Positions 11,251 to 23,339 of a stretch of DNA of 64,000 nt are shown in pieces. Position 1 is the first letter of the stretch, and the number at the start of each line of letters is the position of its first letter. A program made the position numbers and the translations under genes. The notes beneath the pieces were generated by a model. That model saw nothing but the letters and a program-made list of their open reading frames with translations, was not told the DNA's origin and made no database searches. The stretch is taken from NCBI GenBank assembly GCA_048013815.1, contig CM106586.1, forward strand, positions 12,462,001 through 12,526,000. Reading direction: 5' to 3'. This DNA comes from Setoptus koraiensis (Eukaryota; Animalia; Arthropoda).

Positions 11251-12370
11251 TATTTAATCTACTATGTTGGTCGGTGAGATGTTTAATTGATTGAATATCT
11301 ACGCGCTCTCATTAATTGTGTATTGATTGTGTATAGTTGATTGTAATTTAGCTCATTCAGATGAACAATGATATAAGTATAGAGCTATTATTGAATTTTC
11401 ATTATTAGAAAACAATGATGTGTGATTTGATATATCTTTTCATATGAAAATAGACTCTCTGATATTCAACCGAATGTGCGCACCTGAAAGCAAGAGGCTA
11501 TTTAAGTGTTAGAAAAGGGGATGCATTCTCTGCGAATGTGATGTTTTTATTATTTCTATATAAGTTAATGATGTAACCACCAAACAACCAACCAGTCATC
11601 TATCATCTATTTTTAACTCTATTCTATGTGCGATAAAAAATATGTGTAAGCTCTAACAATGAACCCGCAACAAAAAGATATATCTTTTATAGGCACAAAG
11701 CATCATGAGACATCCATATTTATAAAAAACCACCACAGAAAAATGGAAACATATTGGATTCAATTTTTCAGCATTGATTTCCAGCTCTCTGGTGGAATAA
11801 ATAACACTCAAACCGGTCCATCAAACAATGATGAACTCACAAATGCATGTTGACTCGTAGAATTATAGTTAAACAACAATTTATAGAACAGTAAATTTAG
11901 TATTTGAGAATAATCAAAAGGGAATCGGCCCAATCATTCACTATAATGAACATATAATGTTACGTAGTCGATTGAATGCGGTTTTAAATCCATTCAATGT
12001 GAGAGGACGGCCTCTGCGTTATCCATCATCGCGCTTGCATAGCTTGGCAAAAGCTATAGCTTCAATAGTAATAGACCACATGAACTCATAGCAGTTCATT
12101 ACATAATTACTAAAATTGTCTATTTTGCCTGTATTTGTCGTCGGCAGATCGCTCAAAGGTCCTTGTATAGGATCTATCTTGCTTTCGGTTGTAGACAAAG
12201 AAGACGATAAACCATATAAATCTACTCCATTGAGAATACTGTAAACTTATGTTTCACGGGTAAGATGTTACTCGGAAACGACTCGTCTTAGTGAGTCGAC
12301 AAAGAATCAATTTTTTATAGCACAGAAATGTATGAAAAACTGATGATTTTTTTAGAAAGAGAATAATAAT

Positions 12371-14777
12371 TTATAGGTAGGACATTAGATATAGATCTTG
12401 TGCTTTAGACTCTAAAGTGGCAAGATCACTAACGAGAGTCTTAAGCTGGTCCACATGACCTTCGTAGGTATGACTATTTTCCAGACGCTTGCCCCCGTAA
12501 GTCACTTTTCCATCATATTCATCTACTTGAATTCTAAAATTGGCATCGATTTCTTGAATTGTACTTTTGAGATGTTCTTCTATGTCGGCCAGTAATTGTA
12601 ATTCATCGTACCAAATGCAACATCCTCCTCTATCAGTAAGATTTGTGTTGTGACAATTGCGATTATTCCGACAATTACAGTGATACCAAACCTTTTCTGG
12701 AACAGTGGAGACAAAACTTAGGGCCAAACCCATCCTGTCCGCTCGGCCCACGCGGCCTATCCTATGCAAATAGTTTGCCTTCTCATCTGGCAAGGTGAGT
12801 TGCAATACAAATGGTATACCAGTAACGTCTATACCTCGGGCAGCAACATCAGTGCAAATTAAAAATTTTACTTGTGTAGCTTTGAATTTGGCCAAGTTAT
12901 TTTGACGCTCCACTGGTTTCCTATCGGCATGAAGGCAAACACAAGAATATTTATCATTGTCTCGGGCCTGTTTTCCCAATGATATGAAATAACGCTCTAA
13001 GTTGTCACAGTCTAGCTTAGTTCGACAGAAAATTATAGCTTGGTCCATTTTGAGGGCATCTATAGCCTTCACAACATGATAACACTTGAGTACTTTCAGC
13101 GCCTCACTCAGCTCCTCTTGATCATTAAGGTGCCTTTTTTGAAGATTAATCCTATCATTATAATGCACACCATCTGTCTGGATGGGTGTGCTGAGAGCAT
13201 ATTGGAGTACATCATGTTTCCTCGGATCCACCCTAAAGACAACATGATGAACTGTCTCTGGCACCGAATCCTCTCCTTTCAAATCGATCCAAATGGGAAA
13301 ATACATAAGACGCTCGGCTAGTTTTTTCACCTCGAAATTGTGTAATGTGGCCGAGCAGCAGACAGTTTGAACTCTTCTGCCATCGTATGACATCCTAGGA
13401 ACCATATCATGAAGTCGAATGATCAAAGAATTGTGACCATTCTGAAGTAGGCCATCCGCTTCATCCAAAACGAAGAACCTGATATGATCAAGTAGTATTT
13501 GTTGATTTCTAATCACCTCATCAATTTTTCCTGGCGTTGCCACAACTATGTCAACTCTCATATCGAGGTTATTTGTATGGTCGCTGTGACCTCCTGTGAG
13601 TAATACAGTTTTTATATTGAGACCCTTGGAAAATGATTCTATACATTTGTAAGTTTGTTCGGCCAATTCTCGGCTCGGTTCCAAAATAATGGCCAATGGA
13701 TCTTTTCTTGAGGCTTTGTTACTCTTAGAAGATGAATTGTATGCCTGTTCAGCTTCCGATACAACGACTTGATCCTTGTTTGCTTCACTGACCCAAAGGC
13801 AATCGGCTGGCTTGTGGTCGTTGGGACCGCCAGATTCTCGCTCGAATCTAACTTTACAGCCGGCGTTTTTGACGCATATGGAAGGAAAGATGCCATTTCT
13901 ATCAAAAGATCTCGGATCTATTCTGAAAGCAACACCAAGATTTCTGCCATTTTTTGTAAAAGTTATCTCGCCAGTGTTCATATCGATGATACAACCGACA
14001 ATATCGAACTTTTCGCCAAAAGTTAAACCATAATCCTTGAATTCTCTTGAATTGCTCTTTTTGCCAGTGCCTCCATAACCCCAGCTAAACTTGTCGGTCC
14101 CCAAGTCAAAGCTGGCCTTTTGGTATGACCAGCCAACTCTGGCTAAGCCTTGCTCGTTAAAATGAACTTCATAATAGAACTTCAGCTGTTGTCGGGGCGG
14201 GCCTGGGACCTATATAGAGAAAATATCAAATGTTTTCGAAGATGAAAATGTAAGAACGTTGCATCGCTAAAGTATACAGTTTGGATGTTCCAGCAGTACC
14301 CTTACCATTCTTAGACCGCGTGTTGCTCTACATCCTTGCCAATTACCCGATTTGCTATGGGCTGTTAGATAGTCACTGCTCAATGCTAGATCCTTCGCTC
14401 TGTCGGTGAAAGAGAGGCACCACTCTCTGCCGGTCTGAGACGAACCACTGAACTTGTCGGAGACAACCCTCTTATCATTAATAGATTCCCAAACAACTTG
14501 AATGATGGGCAGACAAAAAGCTCCCGTCTTGCCCGATCCAGTCTCAGAGGCCAAGAGTACGTCTCCGCCACCCAGAATTAATGGAATGGATTCTGCTTGT
14601 ATCTCGGTGGGGAGAAGCCATTCTAGTTGCTCTACACAATGAGCTATCTCGGGCATAATTCCTAGTTCTGTGGGACCGATGCACATAATTTGTTACTATT
14701 ACAGTCAACTTAAACATTAAACTAAAGAATCGTATCGGGAGCAGAACAGTACGCGACTTACCTTCGAATGCTGCCAT
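12371..14777 (-). CDS. DDX1: ATP-dependent RNA helicase DDX1 (DEAD box with SPRY insertion), 3 exons: 14777-14762, 14667-14306, 14209-12371
   Basis: MAAFEELG N-terminus, [26 protein letters not shown] (KFYYEV, RVGWS, LGTDKF), DEAD motif (LDEADG), [15 protein letters not shown]. Both introns are canonical GT-AG and in frame. Confidence 0.97.
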
Positions 14778-16483
14778 CTTTTCGACCCTATAAGCTCGGA
14801 CTAAAAATTCGGTGGACTGGAAGTCTTTGGCTACGTTTTTTTTAAATCAACATTCATATACTGGATATCTTTCAGGGAGGTGAGACGCTAAACGCCGAAA
14901 GTTTAATTTGTTTACCAACTTTGGACTTTGATGCTCTATATCAGCGCGAAATTTGATTCCCGAAACTCGGTTTGAGCTCGCCGACGATTACATATCGGCC
15001 CCTGTTGCTGTTATAGCACTTGTACTAACGCTGCTCGGAGATCTAAAAATCACTTCTTCAATGGTTGATACAAATTAGATAATTGAACCAGCCCCATCCC
15101 TCTATCTGATTATGACTATTCCAATGAACAATATTGTTACTATGATATCCGAATGATTTCTCGTTCATCCTCGCTTTTGAAAGGAAATAATCAATCTATT
15201 TTCACCTCTGAATTCGACTAGAATGGACAATAATAATTAACATCTGATGGGGTTCTGCGAGTATAGTGATGAGAAAAAGCCGAGTGGGTGCTTTGTATCA
15301 TGATTGTACATGATTCGATACTATGATCCCCATATGTATAGAAATTTCTTTCATGTCGAGCACTTGGTGGTCTTGAAGAAGTCTCAATTCTTTCATTTTT
15401 CCCACATTTTCACCTGATGATTTCGATAAATAAGACGCTACTTGCAATGATAGTGCGCATTTTCTCCAAACAAATGAAGCAAGTGAGTTTGTTTTCAAAT
15501 AAAATCGGAATAAAATACATAATCAGAAGTCTTGGCCGTTGATAGGATAAAACATGTAACTGGCTGATCAACGACTACACAACTTCTCTATTACACCAGA
15601 AAAATTTGATTGATGCAGCCGCTCACTCCAGCTGAACTCTGCACACTGCTCAAGGGATTCTCTCATTACATATGTACTAATATTATCGTCATCAATGCTA
15701 CTGATTCGTATCTCATAATGATGATGGTGACACATTTCCTCTGCAATCTCTACCGTTAATCTTTTGTTTGTGTGTTAGCATTTGCATTTGATCAGTTATT
15801 ATACCACCATTAAGGAAGATATGATTGATTGCGTCCTCCATAGTCATTCTCACGCATTAAACAATAAGCAAGCATATGCTTTCATTATTATTATCAACAT
15901 TCACTGTTGTTTGAAACTACGACACATCTCTCCCACTCGTTGACACCTTAATCTTACTCTCTATTCAATACCTTATGATGGCACAGAGGACATAATGCAT
16001 TTCATTTATATTACTACAATTATTATATTACAGTGAGAAACAAATACCAACATCAACAAGTTAGATAACTATCAATCAATTTTGTTAGGTTTCAATTGGA
16101 TCTTCTAACAATTAAAGTGATATTGCAAATCCGTCAAACGGTCTGTGATGTGCCAACGGGGGGGATACAATGAAATATGACTCATCGACAAGAGAGCAAC
16201 TATTTGAATATTGTACATTGTTGATGAGATCTACTTATCATTAGATAGCCCGGCGATAGCAATTCTTACATAAAATAACTAGTGCTAGATAAATACATAA
16301 TCTCTGGACAACATACTACTATTGCATATCACATCAAACCATGATATAGACACCCACTCCTCTCTATTGCTATATTCACACAAGCCTACCAGATGTTGAT
16401 TTTTATTGTCCAACCTAGTCAAATTCAGATCAAAATAGATTGATTGTTTTCTTTCAAGAAGCATTTCACACATTCACACAAGT

Positions 16484-17923
16484 ATGAGCGAAAAATCATC
16501 TGGATCTTATGACTATGATAGTGGCGATTCATCACATACCGAATTATTCAAACAAGCCAACAGTGGTAAAGATGGTAACCTTTCAGAACAGATCAACATC
16601 AATGTTGAATTCACCAGTAGTAACGAAGATAGAGTAATTAATCAAGAGAGCAACACTTGTCATCTTAGGGCCAAATGCTTGCAGTACCTTTATTGTTCAC
16701 CATGCAAAGATGTTCTACCTGAAATGGTTGATGTTACCAACGAAACTTGTGCCTTCATAGATTCTACTAATACCAGGCCCAAAGTGATGGTCGAAACTGA
16801 TAAAATTGTTGTTCTGGAACTAATTGCCGCCAAGCTATCCGATTTCAAAAATAATGTCGTTCCTAACCCACAATACTTAAGTTCTCCTACAAGATTGTCG
16901 CCCCAGCATAAACCACAAAATCACAACAATACTAACAATCATTTACTCAGTAATGGCTTAGCAACGCCAAAACCTACTACATCTCCATCAACAATCACTT
17001 CTAAACGTTACGTTAGCTATACAATATTAGTGAAGAGGGTACCCGGTTTAGATAGCCATCCAGCTGTGATAGAAAGGAGATTCTCCGATTTTTTAATTCT
17101 GTATCAATCATTGAAGAATAGTCCTTCTCACGCCGACTACTTGAAAGGAACTATAAGTTTTCCCAAGAAGATATTGATGGGCAATTTTAATGTCGTAAAT
17201 ATAGCGGACAGAAGTGTGGAGTTTGCCCGTCTGATAACATTGTGTATAAGGAATAGAGATCTTACCTGGTCTCCAGCCTTTGTATCATTTCTGTTGGACA
17301 AGGAATTGAGGGAATCGCACAGAATGGTTACATGTGAGAATTTGGATGAGGCTCAAGCTGCCATTGAGAATGTATATTATACCCTAGAGAAAGTGTATCT
17401 GAATATCATCAAGTGTCCATCTGACTCACCGGTTTTACTTACAACTAACAACGGTTTTATTATCAACGGTAATTTCTCATGCCATGATTCATCTATAAAC
17501 ACCTCATCGAACTCATTTGAAACCAATGTAACAACAAGCAATCATAATGGTATTTCAATCAAGGAGGATGATTTTCTAATATACCTATTCGTTAGGATAT
17601 TGTCTACCTATTGTATATTAGTTGTTATATATTTCAAAGGGGGCCTACTAGATGAGCTATATAGGATTTTAAATGACTTTTGTGAATTGATCTCGACTCA
17701 AATATACTTCAGACGTGTAAAAGTCTCACATGGTTCTACGGTGAGGACCTTACTCTTGTTATTATCGAGCTTCAAGAATCCTATCTATGATAAGCACAAA
17801 TCTACAGTTCAATTGTGTCTAAGTGAGTTGGGTTCAACTAACGGCATTGCTTCGGTAAGCTTTGAGACGCGATTTTCAGAGCTACTGACCATTGTCACTG
17901 GTAAAGAGTTTCTACCTTGTTAG
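16484..17923 (+). CDS. SNX21: Sorting nexin 20/21-like PX-domain protein, single exon
   Basis: PX motifs YVSYTILV, IERRFSDFLILYQSL and FPKKILMGNF...IADRSVEF, followed by a helical PXB-like region. Confidence 0.8.
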   Translation: MSEKSSGSYDYDSGDSSHTELFKQANSGKDGNLSEQININVEFTSSNEDRVINQESNTCHLRAKCLQYLYCSPCKDVLPEMVDVTNETCAFIDSTNTRPKVMVETDKIVVLELIAAKLSDFKNNVVPNPQYLSSPTRLSPQHKPQNHNNTNNHLLSNGLATPKPTTSPSTITSKRYVSYTILVKRVPGLDSHPAVIERRFSDFLILYQSLKNSPSHADYLKGTISFPKKILMGNFNVVNIADRSVEFARLITLCIRNRDLTWSPAFVSFLLDKELRESHRMVTCENLDEAQAAIENVYYTLEKVYLNIIKCPSDSPVLLTTNNGFIINGNFSCHDSSINTSSNSFETNVTTSNHNGISIKEDDFLIYLFVRILSTYCILVVIYFKGGLLDELYRILNDFCELISTQIYFRRVKVSHGSTVRTLLLLLSSFKNPIYDKHKSTVQLCLSELGSTNGIASVSFETRFSELLTIVTGKEFLPC

Positions 17924-18722
17924 GCCCCATGTGCTCGTAATGTTGAGCCACACCAACTATTAACATATCCATTTATAGAAGAGAGAGCAGAATTAATTAA
18001 TAAAGCGAAACAAGTCCGTTTCCCGGTTTTATACTTTGTTACATCATGTTGATTACTATTCAATCACGATTGTTGATGGCATCGGATAATCATTAATGAG
18101 TACTACTCATTGAGTAGCAACAGACATGATGGCGTTGTCAAAAAGTTTTTTGACTAACTCAAATTGAGTTTTTGCAATTTTAAAGCAAGCGCCAGGTTGC
18201 GGCACATGCGCAGCTGGACACAAGCGGCCAGTTGTTCATAGTTGACGTGTTGCTGCCGATCTTGCGTCCACTCGTTCGATCATTGCTCTGTGAGCATAGG
18301 CACCGACGCCGACACCGACACACACACGCACGGTACAGTTGTACTATCTATACATAGAGAAGAAACTGACACACAGGCATAGAGCGAATATGTGTTGTTT
18401 TTTACTAAAGGATGATACTCATTTGATGATGATCATTTTGCTCATTTCTGCGGAAGTTCACAATAAATCCTCATTATCTTACATTATCCACAATAATTAT
18501 TATTAGCAATTTAGCATAATTATTCTTGTTGTTATTATTATCGCCGCTAGGAGTCGACTGTATTAATAATCAATTAATGTGTTTGTATTTTTTCATGAGA
18601 ATTCATTAGTGTTCTCAGGGGAACAATCTCAACAACAACAACAACAATATTGCACCACCAATATCGTCAACAATCCTATTCTATTTACATACGCATACAT
18701 ACACACTCACAACACAACAATC

Positions 18723-19577
18723 ATGTTTACCAAACAGACATGGCGACTGCTCTTTATTGTTTTAACGGCCTCATTGGCTTGCCTATTATCCACCACTCAC
18801 GTAACATTGGCTGCAGATGATGCTGCCCCCGCCTCAGCCGACGAGCAGGCTGCTGGTGCCGGTTCCGTCAATGTGGAGCAAGACGAGCCCGCCTTGGATG
18901 TGACGCCAACGGATTTTGATCTAGCTAATGGGCCACAATCATCTGACGATGCAGATCTTAGTTTTGTTTTCACCAGGCCCGTCATCACCGGCAAACCCTA
19001 CGAAATGCCCATTGGCAAAGAGGTACACTTTTTAGTTGGATTCAAGAACAAAGGCCAAAAAGATTTCACTATTAAAACAATGGACGCATCGTTTCGTTAT
19101 GCGCTAGATTTCAGTTATCATCTGCAGAATTTCACAGCATTCCCATATAATAGACTTGTTGAACCACAACAAGAGGCTACGTTAGCCTATACGTTCTTTG
19201 TTAGCGAGGCTTACGCCGCGCGTCCATACGGTTTCACTGTCAATCTATTATACTCAGATAAGGATAATGTGCAATATCAGAGCGCTGTATTTAATGAAAC
19301 TGTCACCTTGGTTGAAATTGACGACGGACTAGACGGTGAGACATTTTTCCTATATATTTTGCTTGCCGCTTTTGTCTGCTTAATAGGAGTCGGATTAAAC
19401 CAATTATATAATTCGTTCATAAACAAAGGTGGCCGCCGTCAGTCGTCCAAGCCAAGAATAGAACAAGAAAAGACGAAACAAACTAGTGATGTCGACTATG
19501 ATTGGCTACCACCAGCAATGGTTGCTAATCTTAAAAAGACCTCAGCAGGCTCTGTACGAAAAGCAGCACCAAATTAA
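18723..19577 (+). CDS. SSR1: Translocon-associated protein alpha (TRAP-alpha), single exon
   Basis: Signal peptide from ATG 18723 and an acidic N-terminus, then FLVGFKNKGQKDF, ASFRYALDFSYHLQNFT, QEATLAYTF, DGLDGETFFLYI (TM) and VDYDWLP. Confidence 0.96.
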   Translation: MFTKQTWRLLFIVLTASLACLLSTTHVTLAADDAAPASADEQAAGAGSVNVEQDEPALDVTPTDFDLANGPQSSDDADLSFVFTRPVITGKPYEMPIGKEVHFLVGFKNKGQKDFTIKTMDASFRYALDFSYHLQNFTAFPYNRLVEPQQEATLAYTFFVSEAYAARPYGFTVNLLYSDKDNVQYQSAVFNETVTLVEIDDGLDGETFFLYILLAAFVCLIGVGLNQLYNSFINKGGRRQSSKPRIEQEKTKQTSDVDYDWLPPAMVANLKKTSAGSVRKAAPN

Positions 19578-19757
19578 TTTCTACATTAATTTAAATAAAG
19601 ATGATTTAGCTAAATTAAATTTATGCCATCGTGTGTCATCGATACATTAGTCTGTTATTGCATCCTTTAAACAACAGGCTCAAAAGAGATGACCTCTCCC
19701 AACAATATACAACTCACAAAAAAAAATATACAATATACAACTGGGGTCATTTGTGCA

Positions 19758-21245
19758 CTAATCGAAATAGTCATCGATATCTATTGTTCCATCGATTAAT
19801 TGCTCACCGTATCTGCTCACATCGATTTGATCGTTGATTAGATTTTCAAATGTTTCTTCTAAGCCAGTATCACCAACCAGCACTGCACCTTTTAAACGGC
19901 CAGCATGTAGCACCAGTTTCACATAATCTTTAGGGGGATTAACTCTCACGATAATTTCGTGATTCACTAGGTTTTGGCCATTGAAACATCCTAACAGGAC
20001 GACTTTGTAACCAAAAAATCTGGTAATATGACTGAAGCACTCAAAGTTGGAATAGATACTCGGATCTCTGCCATGCATATGATCAACTATGCATCTGGCC
20101 GAGTAATATCCCATTTGTCTTGCATGTGTCCATAATCTCATTTGTGACCAAAGGGTTTTTATTGGCCAGCGCTCACAAGAAACTACATCTCCAGCGGCGT
20201 AAATGTCTGCAACTGATGTTCTCATTTGTGTGTCTATCAGGAGGCCACCACCGTCCTTGGTACTTCGTTCGAGTGGGTTTGATAATTTAATCCAATCTGT
20301 GTTGGGCTCCACACCAATCGCGCATACTATTATATCACATTCGATGCTCGTACCATTGGTAAGCTTCACTTCGACAGGCCATTCTCCTCCTATATCCATG
20401 GCTTTAACCTCTAGTAAACAAGTAGACTTTTCTATTCTGAGATTATCTTGAATTGTTCCTGTCTGACTGCAACTACCAAAAAGTTCGAAATCTTGTATCC
20501 AATCTGGCCCGAGTGCAGAGTTAAAAGTTTTGATATTGCTGCTTAGAGATCGTTGTTGGGTGTTTGTGGAAAATTGAAAACTTTTCTTCATAGAAACTTC
20601 ATCATCTTCTATCACATCGCCTTTTCTGTTCTTCTTTAATTCCAAGCTATCAAGAAAAAACTTCGCCGCTCCTGAATCAAAGAAAGTCGACCCTATAGAA
20701 TCTTCTCTGATAACCCATACTATTTGACATTTTTTGATTATGTAGGCCAGTTCGATAGCGATGCCTCCATTACCAACTATAACTATTCGCCTTGAGGATT
20801 CCAACTTGGATTTCAATGTTTCGACAGTTTGGGTGTCGCGAATGAATAGAATTCTACTCTCCAATTTATTTGATGATAACTTAAGAGGAAATCTCTTCGG
20901 CTTGGCACCTGTGCATATACACAATTTAGAGTATTTCAGTTGACTAGACAATTTGTCTGAGCTAAAGTTCAAGAAAGTAAGCAACTTTTTTTCGATAATT
21001 AGATCTTTCACCAATCCTAATACCACTTTTACATTTTTTCCAAAGAATTCATTATGTTTATCTGTTGCATCGATCTCCTCAACAACAAAATCCTCCATAT
21101 TTATTCCGATCCTTCTGAGGTTCCTGGTAGCTTTAACTAGTTTAGATAAGGTGATAAGTACTATCTCCCCTTGATAGCTCTCTGCTAAAGTTAGTGCACA
21201 TGTCGTGCCGGCTATGCCGCCTCCAACTACCACGACCGGGTCCAT
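19758..21245 (-). CDS. PYROXD1: Pyridine nucleotide-disulfide oxidoreductase domain-containing protein 1, single exon
   Basis: GGGIAG FAD motif, GNGGIAIEL NAD motif, WSQMRLWTHARQMG, FSHITRFFGYKVVLLG and the C-terminal IDIDDYFD. Confidence 0.95.
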   Translation of the reverse strand: MDPVVVVGGGIAGTTCALTLAESYQGEIVLITLSKLVKATRNLRRIGINMEDFVVEEIDATDKHNEFFGKNVKVVLGLVKDLIIEKKLLTFLNFSSDKLSSQLKYSKLCICTGAKPKRFPLKLSSNKLESRILFIRDTQTVETLKSKLESSRRIVIVGNGGIAIELAYIIKKCQIVWVIREDSIGSTFFDSGAAKFFLDSLELKKNRKGDVIEDDEVSMKKSFQFSTNTQQRSLSSNIKTFNSALGPDWIQDFELFGSCSQTGTIQDNLRIEKSTCLLEVKAMDIGGEWPVEVKLTNGTSIECDIIVCAIGVEPNTDWIKLSNPLERSTKDGGGLLIDTQMRTSVADIYAAGDVVSCERWPIKTLWSQMRLWTHARQMGYYSARCIVDHMHGRDPSIYSNFECFSHITRFFGYKVVLLGCFNGQNLVNHEIIVRVNPPKDYVKLVLHAGRLKGAVLVGDTGLEETFENLINDQIDVSRYGEQLIDGTIDIDDYFD

Positions 21246-21494
21246 TTTCGGTTAAGTATGAAATCTTGATGAATGTGTCAGCAATGCCATGGGGCTTGGT
21301 CTCTTTTACATGATATAAATGTAAGATAAAACAAACCAATGAGCTGAGGAAATGCGTTTGACAAAAACATCTGTATCTGTCAGATGTGTGAGTGGAGTCG
21401 CCTCGAAACGATGCCGCATGGCCTTCATCAGCTGTTTGATTTCACAGAAGTGTTAGCTAACACCCGATTAATCTTTGACCCCTAATACTGCAAA
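21246..21494. promoter_or_regulatory. Short bidirectional promoter shared by PYROXD1 and IBA57
   Basis: Only 249 bp separate the two divergent ATGs. Confidence 0.6.
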
Positions 21495-22466
21495 ATGTCG
21501 CTGATAAATGCTGCCAAATTGCTTAATAGAAAAATAATCAAGATAACTGGACCCGACTCTTGCATTTATTTACAAGGACTTGTTTGCAACGATGTCAGAC
21601 TATTATATCAGCCGCCAATGGCCATTTGCATCAGTGCCTTTATGACCAATCAACTAGGAAGGGCACTCTGTGATATGTTAATCTATAGGACTCCGAAAAC
21701 AAGACTGGCGTTACAAAATAATGGATCCGATGAACTTTATATTGAATGTGATGCAAGCATAGCAAATAGCCTTGTTCGAACACTAACAGCCTACAAAGTC
21801 AAACGAAAAGTAGAATTTGCAGCAGAGGACAATCTCAATGTCTGGTCAATCTACAGACCAATCACCGATCACGTGGCACCACCCCTGACCAACGGAACCG
21901 TCAATGATAAATATATTCTCACTGGCGATCCCAGACTGACTAACCTGGGCCTCCGAATACTAACGCGCGAGCATGATCTCAAAACTATTAAAGATGAACT
22001 CAAACTACCAGATGACAACTACAAAGAAGTGTCGCATCTTAACTATGTTACCCATAGGTACAAGTTGGGAGTTGGTGAGGGCCCTCTAGATATTCTTGAA
22101 ACTAGATCATTTCCTCTAGAATGCAATGCTGATTATTTGAATTCAGTTAGTTTCACCAAAGGCTGTTACTTGGGCCAGGAACTGACAGCGCGTATTCATC
22201 ATACTGGAGTAGTTAGGAAGCGCCTAATGCCAATACTGATTGATCCAACTAATAAAGATTCATGCTTGCCACCCGGCACCGATATAGTGGATGAAGATGA
22301 TACAGTTGTTGGAAGGATCATCAGCATGCAAGGTGTTAGAGGGTTGGCTTTAATGAGAGTGGAGCAAACCCTCAAATCAAACGTTTTAAGACACAAACAA
22401 ACCGGAGCAAAGCTCACTACTCATGTACCTTTCTGGTGGCCTTCTAAAGCTAATAAAACTATATAG
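21495..22466 (+). CDS. IBA57: Iron-sulfur cluster assembly factor IBA57 (YgfZ/CAF17 family), single exon
   Basis: Signature KGCYLGQELTARIHHTGVVRKRLMP, plus ITGPDS..YLQGL and DPRL..LGLR. Confidence 0.95.
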   Translation: MSLINAAKLLNRKIIKITGPDSCIYLQGLVCNDVRLLYQPPMAICISAFMTNQLGRALCDMLIYRTPKTRLALQNNGSDELYIECDASIANSLVRTLTAYKVKRKVEFAAEDNLNVWSIYRPITDHVAPPLTNGTVNDKYILTGDPRLTNLGLRILTREHDLKTIKDELKLPDDNYKEVSHLNYVTHRYKLGVGEGPLDILETRSFPLECNADYLNSVSFTKGCYLGQELTARIHHTGVVRKRLMPILIDPTNKDSCLPPGTDIVDEDDTVVGRIISMQGVRGLALMRVEQTLKSNVLRHKQTGAKLTTHVPFWWPSKANKTI

Positions 22467-23339
22467 TCACACAATTTAACTAGACATACATAATGCCCGC
22501 GTCATTCATGAGCTATTAGCTGGGTTTTTGTTTGAGATTTTTCCCTTATCAAAGTTATTTCAACTCCATACAGTGTATCTGAGAAAAACCATAATACCAC
22601 CGCAACCAGCCAGCACTAGTATCAGCTCTTGCCGACGTGTCGATTTTGTCAGGCCTAGTGTGAGTTATTTTCTTCACGTGAATTGCTTCTTTCATTTGCT
22701 TTGTATGCTCTTTTAATCATGTTTGCACTCTGTTTGCACTGTGTTTGGACTTGTGAGATAATTATTCAAAGAAAGACGGGTCCAAAATGGAAAGTGGTGG
22801 TACTTGAATACTCTCTCCCTTTCTCACACTTGTTCGCTTGCCTAGAGAGTTGGCCTTCATTTATTTGTTGTATCTACCAGTGTCGCCGTCGCCGTCGCTG
22901 TTGCCGACAACTCGATGTGGATCCTTAATCAATGCTTGCAAGTTTCAGAGCTTTATTCTATCTCTTTGACAAGTCAGCAGCTGGTGTTATTAGCTGACTG
23001 ACTGACTTCCAGTAATCTACACCAACTCTAACCTTCTTGTCACCTGATGCCACAACCACTTTCTTCTAGTTCTTCTAAAACCACTAATACCATTAATACC
23101 TCCATGCTGATGGAACGTGTATTCACCTTTTCGAAATCATCATTATTATATATTTAGAGTAGTTTTGCGCCGTCGCCAGCACTACCCAAAAGAGACTTAG
23201 GCTGAGTTGATTACAGGCAAAGAGTTGCGTTTGAGCAACATGTATGTTTGTCTGTTTGCTACTGGTGTATTACAGAGTAAAATTGAAGAAGGGAAACAAT
23301 CTAATTGAAAGTAGTAGTGGTAGTATAATATTATTAGTT

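Noticed and set aside
15380-15520. FENKLTCFICLEKM on the minus strand, resembling the start of a RING finger
   Set aside because: The remaining zinc ligands cannot be assembled in frame, so this is too little to call.
18579-18722. 48-aa N-terminal extension of SSR1 in the ORF track
   Set aside because: It starts at a non-ATG codon in CAA-rich UTR-like sequence. The signal peptide begins at ATG 18723.
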